Below, in pieces: positions 63,908-64,000 of a DNA stretch of 64,000 nucleotides (the first letter of the stretch is position 1; each line of letters begins with the position of its first letter). Under the pieces are notes generated by a model. The model was given only the letters and a program-made list of their open reading frames with translations, had not been told where the DNA came from and ran no database searches. The translations under genes were made by a program, and so were the position numbers. Source of the DNA: Eledone cirrhosa (lineage: Eukaryota); contig OZ024742.1 of NCBI GenBank assembly GCA_964016885.1, positions 251,906,001 to 251,970,000 of the forward strand, written 5' to 3'.

Positions 63908-64000
63908 AATTTAATAGTGTAACTGGAGGAGGGTAAAGTAATGACAAACAAAACAACAATCTTTACTCTATATATCATAATATTTCAAGGTTGAAACCCT

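Overview
Eukaryotic, AT-rich, repeat-dominated animal DNA. An octopod cephalopod is my inference from the (TA)n/(CAT)n density, the tRNA-derived SINE types and the RTE LINEs; it is not proven. Two spliced host genes point away from each other. On the + strand is a complete 4-exon MAT2B-like gene (47955-58986, 301 aa, SDR/RmlD fold). On the - strand is a gene for a multi-CCCH zinc-finger protein (ZC3H7/HELZ2-N-terminus-like repeats; clear exons 3275-3790 and 672-1772) that continues off the left edge. Most of the rest is mobile DNA: many RTE LINEs (one near full length at 59826-63350), an RTE-BovB-like LINE, R4/Dong-like, CRE-like and CR1-like relics, a young internally deleted Gypsy LTR element inside the first coding-region intron of MAT2B, Buster-type hAT elements, mariner, Merlin and Helitron relics, MITEs, SINEs, minisatellites and a 200-N gap in a long (TA)n tract. 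Top observations: (1) a C4HC3 PHD finger inserted inside the reverse transcriptase of the dominant RTE family, which also appears to land in (TA)n tracts; (2) a near-perfect 526-bp-arm fold-back of that RT, open on both strands; (3) two hAT elements side by side sharing three copies of one 8-bp target; (4) a small pre-miRNA-like hairpin repeat; (5) a 48-bp minisatellite with 144-bp higher-order structure grown from an RTE 3'UTR. All calls were made by eye with no database search; boundaries of decayed repeats are approximate.
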